Positions 1 to 12,609 of a DNA stretch of 64,000 nucleotides are shown piece by piece. Source of the DNA: Blastocladiella emersonii ATCC 22665 (Eukaryota; Fungi; Blastocladiomycota). Numbering within the stretch: the stretch's first letter is position 1; each line of letters opens with the position of its first letter. The notes below the pieces were generated by a model. The model did not search any database. It had not been told where the DNA came from and was given only the letters and a program-made list of their open reading frames with translations. Location: positions 248,001 to 312,000 of the forward strand of contig JANHCV010000001.1 in NCBI GenBank assembly GCA_025594325.1, in the 5' to 3' direction. The position numbers and the translations under genes are program-made.

Positions 1-3000
1 GCCGAAAGTCGACAGCACCCGACGCGGCGATCGTCGACGTTGACGGGACCGGCATGCTTCGCGCACACGTCCACGTCGTGACGGCAGAGACCAACGCGCA
101 GCAGCGGTACGCATGGATCTGGATCTGTCGGACTTGACCTTTTCGCAGTGCTGACTTGCCACGCTGGTCTGCAGCCAGCAGTCGTACCTCAAGGGCGGCG
201 TGTTCCTGGTCACGCCGCAGATTCTCGTCGCCGACATGCTCAACAACGTGGTCCCGATCCACTTGATCACCGGCTTCCTCATCCGAAATGCGGAACGGTA
301 CGGATTTCTTCGCCACCCAGGCTCGCCACAAAACGTTAACCTCACTCCCGCTACAGAGTCACCGACCTGTCGACCGAGGCTTGGATCCTGCGGCTGTTCC
401 GGCAGGGTAACCAGGCGGGCTTCATCCGCGCGTTTAGCGAGCGCCCCGAGCCGCTCGTAACGGGCTTCGCGGCGCTCGAGCGCACGCTCAAGAACCTGCA
501 GGTCCGCAAGGTGTTTGCGTGGCCGCGCTTCCACGTCCACGTCGCCGAGAACCTCGCTGCGCAGCCCGTCGACACGGTCGAACTCCACGTCGACATGACG
601 CCGTCGATGCAGCTCGCGCAGTCGGCGCTGCTTCGCCTCATCTCCATGTGCATCGCCGAGCTGCGCCCGCTGCTGCCCGACCTCGCCTTCGAGTCGTTCG
701 AGGAGGGCACAGGCGCCGACGTGGATCCGAACCTCGAGGTGGCCCTCGACAACCCGACGACGCGGCGCCGGCGCACGCGGTTCGTCAACCGGTCCGCCGC
801 CATGTCGCTCGCCGATGCGTACGTCAACTACGGGCCCGCGGCGATCGGCCTGGTCCGCCCGCCGCCGCCGGGGACCCGCGCGCGCGGGCTGTGGCACGAC
901 CTGCAGCTGCTGCGCGCGCTGCTCGACTACCTCGCCGAGTACGACGCGGTCTCGTTCCTGACGTTCCTCGAGACCGTGTACGCCGAGTGCGCGCCGGGCA
1001 CCGGCAGCGTGTTCCGTTCGGCCGCGCGCGAGTGCATGTGGATCCTGACCGACGAGGCGGCGAACCTGCTGACGGTCAGCCGCGAGCGCGTGTACCGCAC
1101 CGTGGCGGCGCTCGAAGATGATGTGGACCGCGACGCGCACCTGCGCCGCGCCGAGCACGCCACGGGGACCCGCGCCACGCTCGAGGTGCTCCCCAAGTGG
1201 CAAATCCTGCGCTCGGTGCTCGAGGAGGTGCACGCCGACCCCGTGTACCGCGACCCGGAAACGGGCGCGCCGACCGCGCCCGACGGCCACCGCACCCGCA
1301 TCCTCATCGTGTGCCGCGAGCGCAAGGCCGCCGCGCAGATCGGCTCGTTTCTCGTCAGCGGCGAGGCCGGGATCAAGCGCCACTTTTTGCGGTACCTCGA
1401 GTGGAAGGGCAAGCTCAAGGGTCTCGAGGACCTCGTCCGCGGGAGTGGTACTGGACCGGCGGCTGAGGAGCAGGCGCCGGCTCGTCGGACGACCGCGAGC
1501 GCGCCCGTACTCCCTGGCTCGATTGCAGCCAAGCGCCGGCGCGTGCGCGGTCCTCAGGCGGTTCCCGAGGTGCCTTCCGCGCGCAGGGCGACCGCCAACC
1601 CCGCGCAGCCCATGGATCCGCTCTCGGTGGCGGTGCGCTCGGCCGAGGCGGTCCTGTACCAGGCGCTGTTCGCCGAGGACGAGTCGAGCGGTGTCGAGGG
1701 GTCGGCTGCGGCGGAAGGCGAGAGCGAGGACGAGGACAGCGCCGAAGATGGAGCTCACGGTGACGACGAGGAGGAAGAGGAGGAAGAGGAGGAAGAGGAG
1801 CCTACGCACGACTCGACCCTCGCGCCGGCGCCGCCGTTCGTCGCGCACGACTCGGAGATCTACGTGCGGGTCGCGTCGCACATCAACTCGGACCACGACG
1901 ACCGCATGCTGGCCGAGGTGCGGCCGGACGTGATCATCTTGTACGACGCGCTGCCGTCCCTCGTGCGCCAGATCGAGCTGTACCAGGCGACGCGCCGGTC
2001 GGACGTGCACCTGCGCACGTATTTCGTGGTCTACCGCGACTCGACCGAGGAACAGCGGTACCTCGCGCAGGTCCGGCGCGAGCGCGACGCCTTCGAGCGC
2101 ATCATCCGGACCGCCGCCACCATGGTCATCCCGCTCACAGTGCCGTCCGCGGGCGACGCCGGGCTGCGCACCGCGGGCGTCATGACGCACGACGACCTCG
2201 AGTCGCGGCAGCGCGGCGCCGCGTCAGTGTCGGCAGCCAACGCGTCGCTCGCGGGTCCGCGGTCCGTCCGCGACGCCGCGGGCGCAAGCGGCGCCGGGTC
2301 GCGCACGCTGACGCCGCCGACGGTGATCGTCGACATCCGCGAGTTCCGCGCCGACCTCCCCGCGGCGCTCGCGCTGCACGCCGGCCTGCGCGTGGTCCCG
2401 TGCACGCTCGAGGTCGGCGACTACATCCTCGCGCCCAGCATCGCCGTCGAGCGCAAGTCGCTGCCCGACCTCGTCCAGTCGCTCGCGTCGGGCCGCCTGT
2501 ACGCGCAGGCCGCCGCCATGTCGCGCGCGTACCCGACGCCCGTGCTCCTGATTGAGGTCGACCGCCCCGTCGGGCCCGCGGGCAACCCGCCGTCGCTCTC
2601 CCTGTTCGGCGGCGGGGGCACGTCGATCGAGACCACGCCCATCTCGGCGTCCTCCGTCTTCTCGTCGCCACAGGACGCGATCCCCGCGAAACTCGCGCTG
2701 CTGACGATCCACTTCCCGAAACTCCGCGTCGTGTGGTCGTCGGGCGCCGCGGAATCGGCGCTGCTCCTCGCCGAGCTCAAGGCCGGGCACGCCGAGCCCG
2801 ACGCCGCCGCCGCCATGGCCGTCGACGCCACGGCCCTCGGCATGGGCGGCGAGGCCTTCCACGCCGTCCCGCACGCGATCCTGCGCCCGATCTTGCGCCA
2901 CCCGCCCGCTGAGCGGCCCGTCATGCGCCGCGCGGTCTCGGTCGCGGATCTCGTCGCGCGCGCGACGCGGGTCGGTGGGTTGGTGGACGTGATCAGCGAG

Positions 3001-3216
3001 CCCAAGGTCGCGGACGACGCGGCTGAGTTTATCAAGCAGACCGTGGATCCGGGGCTCGCGGCGGCAGCGGCCGCCGCTGCCGCTGCGTCTTCCGCCGCGA
3101 AGTCGGGCGGTCGGGGTCGTGGTCGTGGTCGTGGACGAGGCAAGCGCGGCGGGCGAGGTCGCGGAGGCCGGGGAGGACGTGGGCGTGGTGGTGCCCGAGG
3201 CGGAGGAACGTTGTGA
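1..3216 (+). CDS. ERCC4: DNA repair endonuclease XPF/Rad1 (5' partial; introns 107-174 and 298-356)
   Basis: Spliced reading gives the N-terminal helicase-like part (GVFLVTPQILVADML, EAWILRLFRQGN, WPRFH), then the ERCC4 nuclease motif VDIREF...LEVGDYIL...VERKSLPDLVQSLASGRLY and an RGG tail. Confidence 0.95.
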
Positions 3217-3408
3217 TTCTATACATTTATGTCGTGGCCAAGCTGTTGGACGAGGTCTGCGAGACCCTACTCGCGCCGCGGTGTTGCTGAGCACCCTCAC
3301 AGCGCGCCAGGCAGCTGGACAAAGTGTTTACAAATATAGGTCATATTATGATACTTGGGAACAACAGGAAATCATACACGGCACCTCCAACCTTCTCTCT
3401 CCCTCCAT

Positions 3409-6400
3409 CTACTGCATCGCGCTGACCACGGGCGCCGAAGACGCGGGCACGACGGCCGGTGGCGCGGACGCGGCGCTACCAGCCTCGGCGGCATCCTTGG
3501 CTGCGGCGGCCTCAGCCTCGCTCGCATCGCCGTCGCTGCCGCCCGAGATCCCCGTGTCGTCCATGGCGACGAGCAGCTCGTCGACCATGCCGTCGACGAG
3601 GTCGACCGAGACGCCGCAGCACTTGGCGACGAGCGCGCGGTACTTGTCGATGGGCGCCACGTACTCGGGCTCGCCGCTGCTGCCGGTACCCGACTTCTTG
3701 TCGCCGCCAGTGCCGTTCTCGAGGACGCCGCCGAGCCCACGCGGGAGGCGGCCGGCGGCCTCGGCCTCAGCGATCACGGCGGATGCCGCGGAGCCCGAGG
3801 ACCGGATCGCCGCGAGCGTGGCGCGCGGGGACGGGATCGACGACGCGCGCGACGGTACTGGCACCGCGCTCGAGGAAGATGACGTAGTAGACCCGTTCTC
3901 GCACAGCGCCGTGACGTGGCCGAGCAGCGCGAGCTTGGTCGACTGGAGCAGGTCGGCCCACGCGGCCGAGAGGCGCGCGGACCGCGCGTCGCTGGACTCG
4001 GCGCCCTGGCCGTCGGTGACCTCGCCGTCGGCTGGTGGCGTGCCGATCGTCGCGAGCTCCGACTCGACGGCCTCGAGCCGCTCGAGCAGCGCCTGCGACT
4101 CGTGCAGCTTGCCCATGACGTGCGCCGCGTACACCTGGTCGGCGAGGGACTTGTCGTGGAGCTCGAACGCGAGCGACGGGTCCGCGGCACTACTAGTACC
4201 GTCGCGCGCGCCGGCCGACCGGGACGCGTCGTTGACCGACGCCGCGAAATCGAGCGCGGCAGCCGAGATGCTGCCGTTGGCCGCGCCCGTGGTCTGGGTC
4301 GCGACCGAAGCGCCGATCCCAGCCCCAGGACCACTACGCGCGCCGGGCGGCGTGAACCGGCCCGTTGGCGGGGCGAGCGGCTGCGCGTGGCTGCTCTGCT
4401 GCGACGGTGGCCGGCGGGCGCCCGCCGTAGCGGCGCCCGACGACGCCGACGACGACGAGTGCTGCTGGTGGTGCACGTGGCGCGCCGCGGCGACGGCGAC
4501 ATCGACGACGCCGGTGTTGCCGACGATATCGAGGTGGTGGTCCACGTCCATGGCGTCGCCGACGGGGACGCCCGACCCGCGGTGGTGGTGCTCGTCGTCC
4601 GAGTCCTCGTCGTCGTCGCTGAGCCCCGCGAGCTCGGCGTCGGGATCCGCGTACTCTTCTTCATCATCCCCAGCGGCGCGGCGGGTGCGGTGCGCGGCCG
4701 CGTTGCCGTCGTCCGAGTCCGAGTCCTGGAAGGCGGCAGCCTCCGAGAGAAGAATGGAGCGGCGGCGCTTGCGCATGCGGCGGACGGCGTTGGGCCCGAG
4801 CTGCTCGGCCGTCTTGCCGCGGCGGTTGAGGATGCGGCGGTTGGCGCCGGCGTCGATGAGGATGCGCGCGAGGTTGGTGTGGCCCTCGTGGCACGCCACG
4901 TGCAGCGCCGTGTTGCCGTCGACATCTTGCGCGTCGAGGAACTCTTGCGGAACGCCACCCGCAGCCGCCGCGGCCGCCGCAGCAGCGGCAGCGGCAGCAG
5001 CAGCAGCGGCGGCACGACCACGACCGCCACGGCCCGAAGCGGCTGGTGCGGCGGCGGGCGCGGGCGCAGGGCGGCCGAAGAGCTCGGCCATGTAGTACTC
5101 GGCGGCGGGCATCTTGCCCTCCTCGCCGGCGACGAGGGCGATGTGGTGGAGGACCGTCATGTCGCGGAAGTCGGTGGCGAGGACGCCCGTCTCGCCGAGG
5201 AGGTCGAGCAGCTCGCGGAAGCTCGCGTGGGCGTGGTTGTCGTCGAAGCGGATGGCCCACATGAGCGGGGTGGCGCCGTCCTGGCCCTTGACGACGGGCG
5301 AGTGACCCATGCCCAGGAGCAGCTGGATGCAGTCGGTGCGGGCGAGCGCGGCGGACCAGTGCAGCGTGGTGTGGCCCTGGTCGTCGAGGGCGAGGTCAAG
5401 CGGGAGGTCGGCGGGCGGGTGGCGCAGCAGGTCGGGCACGGTACCACGGGTAAGGAGGCCCTGGATCAGCGCGTCGCGCCACTGCAGCAGGCGTACGGTC
5501 ATGGACGGCTCGGGCTCGGACGCGGTGGCGCCCGACGACGACGCGCCCGACGAGGCGCGCGCGTGCTTGCTGCCGCGCTTGCCCGAGGAGACGGCGGGCG
5601 ACCCGTCGTCGTTGTACTTGCCCGACCCGCTGGTGGGCGAGCCGGCGCGGGACCCGGCGCGCGAGTTGGCGGCGGACCCGGCGGCGCCCATGGCGGCGCG
5701 GGCGAGGCCCGAGACGGAGCCCGAGGGGACGGGCGAGTTGCGGGTGGACCGGCGACCCGTGTTGGAGCGCTTGGCCGGGGGCGGGATCGGGGTGGACCCC
5801 GAGTCGTAGTCGCTGGCGTCGCCCTCGGACCCAGCGTCAGCCTCGCGCTTGGCGCGCTTGTTGGAGATGCGCGGGGAGCCCGAGGTGGTCGCGGTGGCGG
5901 CCCCGGGCCCAGCGAGCGCGGCGGTGCCGGGCGAGGCCGAGGGCGAGTTGGCGGCGGTGCCCGTGGGGGCGATGCGGCGGGATGCCGCGCCGGCCGCACC
6001 GCCGCTGCCGCCGTAGTTGATGGTCTTGCGCGGCGCCGTGGGCGGGGCGGGGTCCGTGTCGGGGCAAAAGTCGGTGAGGGCGCGGACCTGGTCGAGAATG
6101 TCGAACTGCTCGGCGATCTCGATACCGCGCTCGAACGGCACCTAAATCGTGTGGTTCACGAGTTAGCACTCTGCTCCCATGAACGATAGCAACCGAAAAA
6201 AAGCGTACCCAGGTGCCCTGGTACTTGCCGTACCCGCCCTGGACCTTTTCGTGGATGCCGGTCTGGATCTCGCGCTCGAGGATCTTGGTGCGCTGCGGCT
6301 TGTCGATGTCGGCGACCTTGAGCAGCTGGGTGGCGTTGAGCCAGTTGTCCTTGCACCGGCGCATCACGTCCACGTTCTGTGCGCGCATCTCCCAGACGGG

Positions 6401-7717
6401 GATGGACGAGTAGGTGGCCGTGTAGATGACGGGGTTGGAGGTGGGTGCGCGGGCGGGGCGCGGACCCGAGGGGCCGGAGCCGGCCGAGCCCGCGTTGCCG
6501 GCGCGCGAGGACGGGCCGAGGGCGGGTGTGTTGGCGGCCGAGGACCCGCCGGACCCGGGCGCGGTGCCGGTCGCCGAGTTGACCGACACGGCAGCGGCAG
6601 CGGCGGCCATGGCGGCGGCGTGGAGGTGCTGCTGGTGAGCGTGGTGAGCGTGGTGGGCGGCGTGGGCGTGCGGGTGGTACTGGTGGTGCGGGTGGACGTG
6701 GGGATGGTGCGGGTGGTGCGGGTGGCCGAGGCTGGGCGAGTTCATGGCGCTGGCCGGGGTGGAGCCCGAGGGCGGGGGCGGGCCGACCATGGCCGAGATG
6801 CTGGCGGGGAGGGCAGGCGGGCCGGCGCCGGCGAGGCCGGGGTGGGCGTGCGGGTGGTGCGGGTGGGTGCTGGGCGATCCAGGCGCGGTGCCGGGCAGCG
6901 ACGAGCCGGGCGGCGCGCCGTTGGCGCCGGCGGCTCCGGGTGCGCCGTTCCCCGAGGCGCCGGGCTGGCCCGACGTGCCCTGGGCGGACCCGACGGCGCC
7001 GGGCGGGAGCGCGTTGACGGCGGCAGCGGCGGCGGCGATCACGGACTGGCGGGCGTTGACGTAGTTTGAGACGGAGGAGAGCTGCTGCTGGCTGGGCATG
7101 GACACGTTGGCCATGTGCATGGGGTTCATGGGGCTCATGGGGCTCATGCCCATGTACATGCCGTAGGCGGCGGGGTGCATGCCGGCGGGGGGCGGGCGCG
7201 GTGCGGCGGGGTTGGATCCGGGCGGCAGCATGGGCGATCCCGAGCCCGAGGGCCCGCCGACGGCGAGCATGCCGGGCGGCGGCGGCATGGAGGGGTGCTG
7301 GGGCGCGTACTGGTGCTGGGCGGGCGGGCCGTACTGGTGGTGCGGGTTGGGCCCGGGCTGCTGCTGCGGGTACTGGTGGGCGAGCGAGTGCTGCCACGGC
7401 GACATGTGCGGCGGGAGGGCCGAGGCCGGCTGCTGCTGCTGCGGTTGCTGCTGCTGCTGCTGGGACGGGGGCGGCATGGCGGCGGCGGTGGTGGTGGGCG
7501 AGGGCGCAGACGGCGCGGCGGGGGCGGCAGCAGACGGGTTCGGTGCGGCACCAGCACCGAGGGTGGGTGAAGACGAGTCGGCGGGCGCCATGGAAGCGGG
7601 GGCCGCGGGAGCCGGTGCTGCCGCGGGTGTCCCGGTGGCGGGGGCGGCGGCGGCGACGACGGGCGAGGGTGCGGCGGGCGCCGCGGCGGGCGCGGAGAGG
7701 GGCGACGGCTGCTGCAT
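3409..7717 (-). CDS. SBF/MBF G1/S transcription factor subunit (Swi4/Mbp1/Res-like): KilA-N/APSES domain + ankyrin repeats + C-terminal helical domain; intron 6142-6208
   Basis: [11 protein letters not shown]...[19 protein letters not shown]...[15 protein letters not shown] spliced (GTACGC...TTAG) to VPFERG; ankyrin repeats [15 protein letters not shown] and [13 protein letters not shown]; C-terminal [11 protein letters not shown]. Confidence 0.93.
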
Positions 7718-8822
7718 GGTTGTTGGGTTGTAGACTGTTGAAGTTGAGTTGGGCGGGAAGGGGAGAGCGGGAGGGGCGGAAGGGGGCGGGCGGAACGCGC
7801 GGCGCGTGGTGGTGCGCGTGGGCCACGTGGCGCGTTGTCGCGTTGCGGGTCGGGTCGCGTTTTGGATTTTCGGGCCGCCGAGGTTGGAGGAGCGAGTCAG
7901 AGCGGCGCGTGGGAAATGGGGGCATGCGGGCCAGCGCGGTCAGTCGTCCGATTGGATTCACAGCGGGGCGGGGGCGCGTGCGCGCGCGAGGGAGAGGGTG
8001 CGGTGGCGGCGGCCGGGGAGGCGCGTCGCGCGTCGCGTCGGCACCATCAGCGCGTCGCGTGGGCGAGAGAGGGGGGGGGCGTACCAAAAAGGCGACCGTG
8101 CGCAGGAGCGTGGTCGGGCGCCGATGCACCGAGTTGCGCGGCGGTCGCGGTGGCGGGTGGTCGGCGGCGAGGAGAGGATGGGGGCGGGCCGGCGACGCGT
8201 CGGTTCGGGCGGCGGCGCGGCAGACGCGACCGTGACGCGAGTGGCACGACGAGGTGGGAGGCAGCGGCTCGCGGCGCGCGGCGCGTCTCCCAGTTGGTGG
8301 AGCTTAGGGGGGAGCGGGGAGGGGGCGTGGATGCGCTCGCTCTCCTTGGCGGACTCGCTGCGCAGACGATATCGGGCGCGCGCGAGAGGGAGGTGGATGC
8401 AGCCGAGCGAGGGGTCGACCGCGTCGTGCAGGGGGGCAGATGGGGCAATGGGCGCGCTCGCGGCGAGGGGGCGGGGGCGGCGGCGGCGGGGCAGATGCGT
8501 TCAGCGTGTGTGTTGAGGCGAGGGGAGGAGAGAGAAGGGCGGCGATGGCGGGCGTGCAAGCCCAACGCGTCTCTCTGTGACGGCGGCCCGGTCTCGCCCG
8601 CGACGCCCTCTCCCCCCCCTGCCCGCGCACGCGCCGCGCCGGGTGGCAACCCTTCACGTGCCCGTGCTGTGCGTTGCTTGCGCGCGTCGCCGCGTCGCGC
8701 CGCAGACCGCTGACTTTCACATGCTGGTGACACAGCTGGCATCCGAAACGCTCTCGGGAGGCTTGCCGTCTCACCCGCGCGCGGCCCATCGCGTCGCCGC
8801 CCAGGTCGCCGCCATCGGCCAT

Positions 8823-9419
8823 TTATTCACATGAGAGAGACCGCTCCACGACGCGCTTGGCCACAAACACGCGCTCCACCTTGCCCTCGTGCTTGGCCGC
8901 GTGCCGCGCCGCCACGAAAAAGTAGTCGCTCAGCCGGTTCGCGTACTGCGTCACGCCCGCGTCCACCTCGTCCGCCGCCGCCAGCGGCACCAGCGACCGC
9001 TCCGCGCGCCGCGCCACCGACCGGCACTGGTGCAGGTGCGCCGCCGCCAGCCCGCCGCTCGGCAGGATGAAGTTGGTCAGCGCCGGCAGCGTCGCGTCGA
9101 GCGCGTCGATCCACGCCTCGAGCTGCGCAACGTGCGCCTCGTCGAACGCCGTCTTGGCCAGCTTGTACGGCGCGTCCGCCGACGACTGCCGCGGCGTCGC
9201 AATGTTGGACCCCATCTCGATCAGCACGCACTGGATCTCCTGCAGCTGCTCCGCCAGCCCGTTGCCCGCCTGCCCACAGTACTCGGCCGCCACCCCGATG
9301 CTGCTCGACAGCTCGTCCACGCTGCCGAGCGCCTCGAACACGGCGTCCGTCTTGCTGCGCCGCTCGCCATTGTACAGCGACGACGTGCCCTTGTCGCCCG
9401 TCTTGGTGTAGATCTTCAT
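8823..9419 (-). CDS. MMAB: ATP:cob(I)alamin adenosyltransferase (PduO/MMAB type), intronless
   Basis: Signature KIYTKTGDKG.SSLYNGERRSK, LGSVDELSS, FILPSG, RSVARRAER, YANRLSDYFF. Confidence 0.96.
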   Translation of the reverse strand: MKIYTKTGDKGTSSLYNGERRSKTDAVFEALGSVDELSSSIGVAAEYCGQAGNGLAEQLQEIQCVLIEMGSNIATPRQSSADAPYKLAKTAFDEAHVAQLEAWIDALDATLPALTNFILPSGGLAAAHLHQCRSVARRAERSLVPLAAADEVDAGVTQYANRLSDYFFVAARHAAKHEGKVERVFVAKRVVERSLSCE

Positions 9420-9605
9420 CGTGCTACTTTTTCGTTGCTTCGTGCGTGGGGGAGCGTGCGTCGATGGCGTGGGGCCGCGGCTCTTCGCTCGCGCGAGAGA
9501 GCAACGCGGTCATGTGAGCGATCTGGACACCGCTTCGCTCCACCTCGACCCGCCGCGGATCCCCGCTCTCCCTCTCCCCTCGCAAACCTGCAACGTATCG
9601 CCACC

Positions 9606-11818
9606 ATGGGAATCAAGGGCCTCGGCGGCTACGTCCTCCACTCGCCCGTCCTCCGCGACATTGCCTTCCGGCGGCCCTCCTCCCCCAAGGCCAATGGCGG
9701 GGGCGACCCGCCGCCCGTCGTCGTCATCGACGGCACCTCGCTCGTCTGCGGTCAGTACTTTGGCAAGATCGAGTGGACCCTCGGCGGCCAGTACCACGCC
9801 CTCTTTGACCGCATCGACGACTTTGTTGCCAAGCTGCGCAGCGCTGGTGTCGACATCGGCATGGTCGTCTTTGATGGTCCGTAGCCTCGCACCCGCAACG
9901 ACCAGGCGCCGAGCGCTTACACGCCTCACCCAGTCTAGGCGGCCGCGGATCCCCCGCCAAGGCGACCGAGCGCCTCGCCCGCGACACGCGCCGCACCGAG
10001 TCGATCCACCACGCCCTGCGCGCGCTGCGCGCCGACCCCGTCGTGCACTTGCGCAACGGCGTCCCCGTGTCGTCGACCGACCGCTCCTATGCCCGCGTCT
10101 TTGCCCGCGACAACGTGCTGCCGCTGCTCGCCGCGCCACTCGCCCTGCAGCACCTGCGCGATACGCTCGGCGTGCCCGTGTGCGTCGCCCCCGGCGAGGC
10201 CGACGGCCACGTTGCCGCGTGGGCGAACCGGCTCGGCGCCTACGCCATGGCCAGCGACTCGGACTTTTACGTCCTCGACGTGCACAAGGGCTACATCCCG
10301 CTCGACTCGCTGTCCATGGCCGACGGGCTCGTCCAGGCCAAGGTCTTCACCCGCCCCGTCCTCGCCCGCAGCTTGCAGCTGCACCCGCGCTGGTTCCCCG
10401 TCCTCGCGTGCGCCCTCGGGAACGACTACGTCGACGAACGCGTCCTGAGCCAGCGCATCATGCGCGTCGCGAGCGCCTCGTCCTTCCGCAACACCACCCT
10501 CACCGCGCGCGTGCGGATTGTCGCCGACTACCTCGCCAAGCGCGTGCGCGAGGCTGGGCTCAAGCGCCTCGAGGACGAGGATACCGCGGGCATGCCGCCC
10601 GCCGAGGCCGCCACCCCGCTCGTCGAGGAGATTTTGCGCCATCTCCACGTTTCCCCGCCGCTCGTCGTCGCCCAGCAGGCGCCCTCGTCCACCTCCAAGG
10701 CCGCCCTCGCGCGCCGCCGCAAGGCCGAGAAGAAGCGCGCCGAGAAGCTTGCCGCCGCGGCCGAGGCTGGCGAGGAGCCCGACGAGCCGACCAACGGCAC
10801 CTCCGTACCCTCCCCGACCCTCGACTTGCTCACCACGGGGATGGACGAGTATACCCTCCCGCCGCTCGCCGCGCTCGACCCTCCCGCCAACGACCCGGCG
10901 CTCGCCGCGCAGGCCGCGGGCCGGTGCTGGCCGGGGCTCGCAGACGTGTTCGCGTACCGCGTCCTGTACCTCCCGCCGACGCTCGAGGACACGACGCTCG
11001 CGTCCCCGTGGGAGCTGTCGTGGCCGCTGCGCGAGGCCGCGTACGCCGCCGTCGGCGCTTCCTCCGTCACCGAGCGCGGCCGCCACGTGTGCTCGGACCT
11101 CGCCATCGGGTCGCGCGACCGCGCCGTGTCGCCGCGCGCGTTTCTCGCGCCCATCGATATCCCGGCGAGCTGCAGTGCGGGGCTCGTGCGCGCGCTCGCG
11201 TGTGTTCTCCGCGCGGATACCCGAGGCGAAGTGTCGCTCGACCTCGTCCTCGCCACGGCGCTCGCGGCCGCGCGCAACGTGCGGCTGACCGCGGTGCCCG
11301 CCGTCCGGTACACGCGGCGCGGGGTCCACTGGGTCGCAGTCGTCGAGGCCGCGCTCATGTCGTGGTTCCTGCACCCGGCGCGCGGGAGCGAGGACCGCGC
11401 GGGGTTGCCTGCGATCGACGCGGCGGCCGTGCACCACTACCTCGCGCGGATCCATACCGCGGTGCCCGAGGGAGTAGAGACGGGGAAGGCGGTCGCCGAG
11501 GTGCTCGACCGGTACGTCCCCGAGCTCACGCCCGACGAGCGCGACGTCGTTGTGGCCACCGTCAACGCCGCGGTCGCTGTCGCGGGCGTCGCCGAGGTCC
11601 CGCGCCGAGCCGTGAAGCTCGAGCCCGACGAGGTGCCCGCGCCTGACCCGGAACCGGTGTCGCGCCGTGCGCGGTCCCGCTCCACGGGCAGCGCGAAACG
11701 CGCCAAGACCAAGAAGAACGCGTCGGCGTCAGCGGCCTCGTCAAGGTCTCGGCCAAGTACCCCGGCGAGCGACGCGGCCGACTCGCTCGCGGAGCTCGGG
11801 CTGTCGCACCTGTTCTAG
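9606..11818 (+). CDS. Asteroid/FAM120-like XPG-type PIN-domain protein; intron 9877-9938
   Basis: MGIKGL start, VVIDG, VVFDG (split by the intron), APGEADGHVA, ASDSDFYV, ACALGNDY. Confidence 0.85.
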
Positions 11819-11997
11819 ACGCACATATACAACGAGACATTTACCGGACCCTTTGCTCGCTCGAAAACGTGTCCCGCGGAAAACGTGTGCGCGCGGGGTT
11901 GCCTGTGACCATGAGCATCGCGGCGACTACGCTCTGCGCTCGTCCCTCATCGTTCGCTCGTTTCATCACGTCGACGACGCGCTACGCCACCAACGCC

Positions 11998-12572
11998 ATG
12001 GACACTTCAGCACCATCATCGCCGCCAACAACTACAACCGCAGATCGACCAACTTCAGACCCGCCGCCCTCCTCGGTCCTGGTCCTCCTCGCCGTGACCT
12101 TGCTCGGGACCCTGGCCGTCGTATGCCTCCGCCCACTGGTCCGCGCCTGGCTCGCGCTGCAGTACCAAGTCCGCGGCGCGGTCCGCACGACGCAGCGCGA
12201 GCTCGCCCTCAAGCCCGTGTCGGGCGCGATGCTGAGCCCCGTCGCCGCTGCGCGGTACGTACGGCGCGCCCGCGGCGCCGGTGGGTCGCTACGGTGGGAA
12301 GAGGGGTCGGTCGCGTCGGTTGGCGGGAGTTTGCCGCGGTATTATACGCGTCGCCGACCGCCGGGGCGGCCATGTCGCCGCGTACTCTCAGAGTCGTGTC
12401 ACCCCCACCGCCCGCGTGGATGTCGCCGGCGCGGATGGCCGAGGATCCGCGGTCTCCGCAGCTCGGCGCGACGGCGGCGGCGGCTGCAGAGGGCGAGCCG
12501 GTGTGGGTCGCGGCCATGCGCGGCGCGCCTTCGTCGCTCGCGATCCCTGGCGGCCGACGTGAACGGGAGTGA
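11998..12572 (+). CDS. Small hypothetical single-pass membrane protein; probable intron 12255-12391
   Basis: ATG in GCCATG context, hydrophobic segment VLVLLAVTLLGTLAVVCL; a GTACGT...CTCAG splice joins in frame to VVSPPPPAW...RERE*. Confidence 0.45.
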
Positions 12573-12609
12573 TTTTCTTCTGTATACCAACATACAATAG
12601 ACCATCAAA

